A stretch of 64,000 nucleotides of DNA from positions 270,625 through 334,624 of the forward strand of contig NIVC01001215.1 of the NCBI GenBank assembly GCA_002269645.1, given 5' to 3'. The DNA comes from Macrostomum lignano (Eukaryota). Made by a program: the position numbers and the translations under genes. The notes beneath the pieces were generated by a model. It searched no databases, was not told the DNA's origin, and saw only the letters and a program-made list of their open reading frames with translations. This document shows positions 62,479 to 64,000 of the stretch, piece by piece (position 1 is the stretch's first letter; each line of letters starts with the position of its first letter).

Positions 62479-62998
62479 TTCGATCGTCAACTTCTTCACC
62501 AAATCTGCTTCTGCCAACTTTACTGCTCGTGTGCCACGGACACTGCTCGCTTCTTAAGTTGATGCAGAACTTTGGCTTAAGCCAACTGTAGTGCAGCAAC
62601 GAATTTCTCACTGCACAGCCAGTATCTGAATCTTCAGTCGAGGGTGCTCCCAAATCTTCTAGGTTATAAACCTGTCTTCCAAGCAGCTCAGTCAGAAAAA
62701 TCGACTTCCTTTCCCCATTTGACCAGATCGGACCACTGGCAATGCTCAGAATGTCTTCCGCCAGTTCCATGTACGGACGGGTTCCATCATTCCACTTAAA
62801 CTGGTGCAGACTCTTAGATAGCTGTCTGTAGTAAACTCGCATGTCAGGTGAGACTCTCTCCCATGGATACGGAGGTGCGTACACATGGTGAGCAATGTGG
62901 TAGCTCCCCGCTCTGATTTGAACAACTGCCAACTCCTTCACAACAAATTTTTTGCTTGTGCTGTTGCACGGGAATCCTTGGAAGTCAATGTAGTTCAT
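62147..62998 (-). CDS. Polinton-type accessory protein with predicted RNase H/DEDD exonuclease-like fold; conserved core about 62998-62570, C-terminal tail overlaps the TBP-like gene
   Basis: IDFQGF..FVVKELA..YAPPYPW..HQFKWNDG..Y..NGERK..VYNLEDLGAP..CAVRN..W matches the pattern I recognise from Polinton/Maverick small ORFs. The fold assignment is inference. Confidence 0.65.
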   Translation of the reverse strand: MNYIDFQGFPCNSTSKKFVVKELAVVQIRAGSYHIAHHVYAPPYPWERVSPDMRVYYRQLSKSLHQFKWNDGTRPYMELAEDILSIASGPIWSNGERKSIFLTELLGRQVYNLEDLGAPSTEDSDTGCAVRNSLLHYSWLKPKFCINLRSEQCPWHTSSKVGRSRFGEEVDDRNEPTSYSPKSDQSGWRSRSETGWWQGRSAASTGTGSQHGSCDLPARLAPGAHQADADSQSDSPTLPYWATEHLRCQDPRRRQKGCPSLRGYAASESAGSTAASSNNLCSN

Positions 62999-63718
62999 GA
63001 TGCAGCTTTCCTTCGAAAATTTCGGAGTCAGTCCACTTCTTATATACTTTTCTGGCAGGCAATTTCAGCCAGGCTGTGTTGCTCCCGTACCCCTTGACTA
63101 GACTCTCCTGTTCTTTCTCCAGTTCACCCCCTCTGCTGGTTGCCATTTTCTTCTTAACTGATTTACCAACAGCGGAAAGCGGAACATTAAGCTTTTTCTG
63201 CTGCAGAAAATCGATGAACTCGTTCCACCCAACTGGTTCACGCTCACATGGCGAATCCCTCACTGTGTGCTGAATCAAGTCCAGTATGTTTGAGGAAGGG
63301 ATTGACGTGCCTGCGATTTCCACCTCCCCGTTTTCACAAACTCGAATCAGCTCTGGATTGGTGGACAGGATCGTCCACAGACTGCGAGCCCTGGTTTTGA
63401 ATTTCTGTGGCACCGACTTGCTGATCTTCTCTTCCCAGGTGCTTATCTGGGTGTCTCTGTTTTCATCAACTTGGCTTCAGTATTGCGTGCTCCTTCTTTT
63501 CCAGCGTGCTTGCGCTTGGCCAGCAAACTTTGCATTGCACTTTGGTACATGGCGGTTTTCACATCTTCTGGACAATCCTCGGCATACAAGATGTCATCGC
63601 ATTTCTTCTGAGCCTGCTTCAAGTCAGCTTCAGTGGTAGTCTCATTTGGCTTCAAATTCTGCATCAACATCTCATACTCTGCTTTAGGAATCAGAACCAT
63701 TTCTGAAAATTTGTTCAT
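62985..63718 (-). CDS. Conserved Polinton accessory gene split by a 1-nt frameshift near 63445-63478 (ORFs 63718-63443 and 63477-62985)
   Basis: N-half MVLIP..IL..K..Y..Q.L and C-half ISKSVPQKFKTRARSL..GEV.I.G..I.SSNILDLI..PVGWNEF..L...NVP normally occur in one Polinton protein as I recall it. The second frame is open from just after TGA at 63480-63478. Confidence 0.6.
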
Positions 63719-64000
63719 TTTGCTTCTTCTTCTTTACCAGCTTAAGCAGAATCGGGAGTATTTTGATGAAGCCAGCCTTCAACAAGTCTGTCTTTCTTCT
63801 TTTGTGAGTAATTTTTCGAATTATCTCTTTTGACTTTGCAAGAACAGCTTTTTCATCGAGCGAAAACGATAGATTGTTTTGTAAGAGATTATGGCAGGCC
63901 TCGACAAGAAAATAACGCACTTCTTTTGGACAATTTTTTATCAACAGCCGCTTGAAGCGCACGGTATATTTAGGTGACGCAAGAACCGCAAAAAGACTTG
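63684..64000 (-). CDS. Small basic amphipathic Polinton/adintovirus protein (cupiennin-like, proposed membrane-active); start lies beyond the window edge
   Basis: EACHNLLQNN..EKAVLAKSKEIIRKI..KAGFIKILPILLKLV; frame open to position 64000. Confidence 0.6.
   Translation of the reverse strand, partial: SLFAVLASPKYTVRFKRLLIKNCPKEVRYFLVEACHNLLQNNLSFSLDEKAVLAKSKEIIRKITHKRRKTDLLKAGFIKILPILLKLVKKKKQNEQIFRNGSDS

Larger units (their letters stand above)
53985..64000. mobile_element. Left portion of a Polinton/Maverick (adintovirus-like) endogenous viral element; continues beyond the window
   Basis: Protein-primed PolB plus Polinton-type accessory genes; candidate terminus AGTAGTAGGG at 53985 followed by a repeat-structured terminal region. 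Integrase, ATPase, protease and capsid genes are not in the window. Confidence 0.9.

Noticed and set aside
62147-62560. Exonuclease-TBP fusion protein
   Set aside because: The two ORFs are in different frames, and TBP has its own ATG at 62478 with an in-frame stop upstream. The overlap tail is probably incidental.

Overview
Eukaryotic, intron-containing, very repeat-rich animal DNA. The GC-rich exons and minisatellite-filled introns resemble a flatworm such as Macrostomum; this is inference, not a database match. Left to right: (1) a 13.5-kb satellite of 17-bp monomers with higher-order structure. (2) A 4-exon RNF19-type RBR E3 ligase (minus), head-to-head with a small unknown 2-exon gene preceded by a perfect RFX X-box. 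(3) About 5 kb of AT-rich DNA almost devoid of CpG. (4) A 5'-truncated RNase H-bearing LINE with a target-site duplication. (5) A CUB + C-type lectin + TM receptor gene and an upstream pseudogene copy. (6) A tRNA-derived CORE-like SINE, a calmodulin-like gene and a low-complexity ORF. (7) An 8-exon C-type lectin + Sushi + TM gene and the first 3 exons of a paralog. (8) From about 53,985 to the window end, the left part of a Polinton/Maverick-type endogenous virus. It has an AGTAGT terminus, a repeat-expanded ORF, a protein-primed PolB that appears to need splicing, and a convergent cluster of overlapping genes. That cluster includes a divergent TATA-binding-protein homolog, the most unusual item in the window. 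All exon structures were worked out by hand from splice signals and reading frames and have no transcript evidence.
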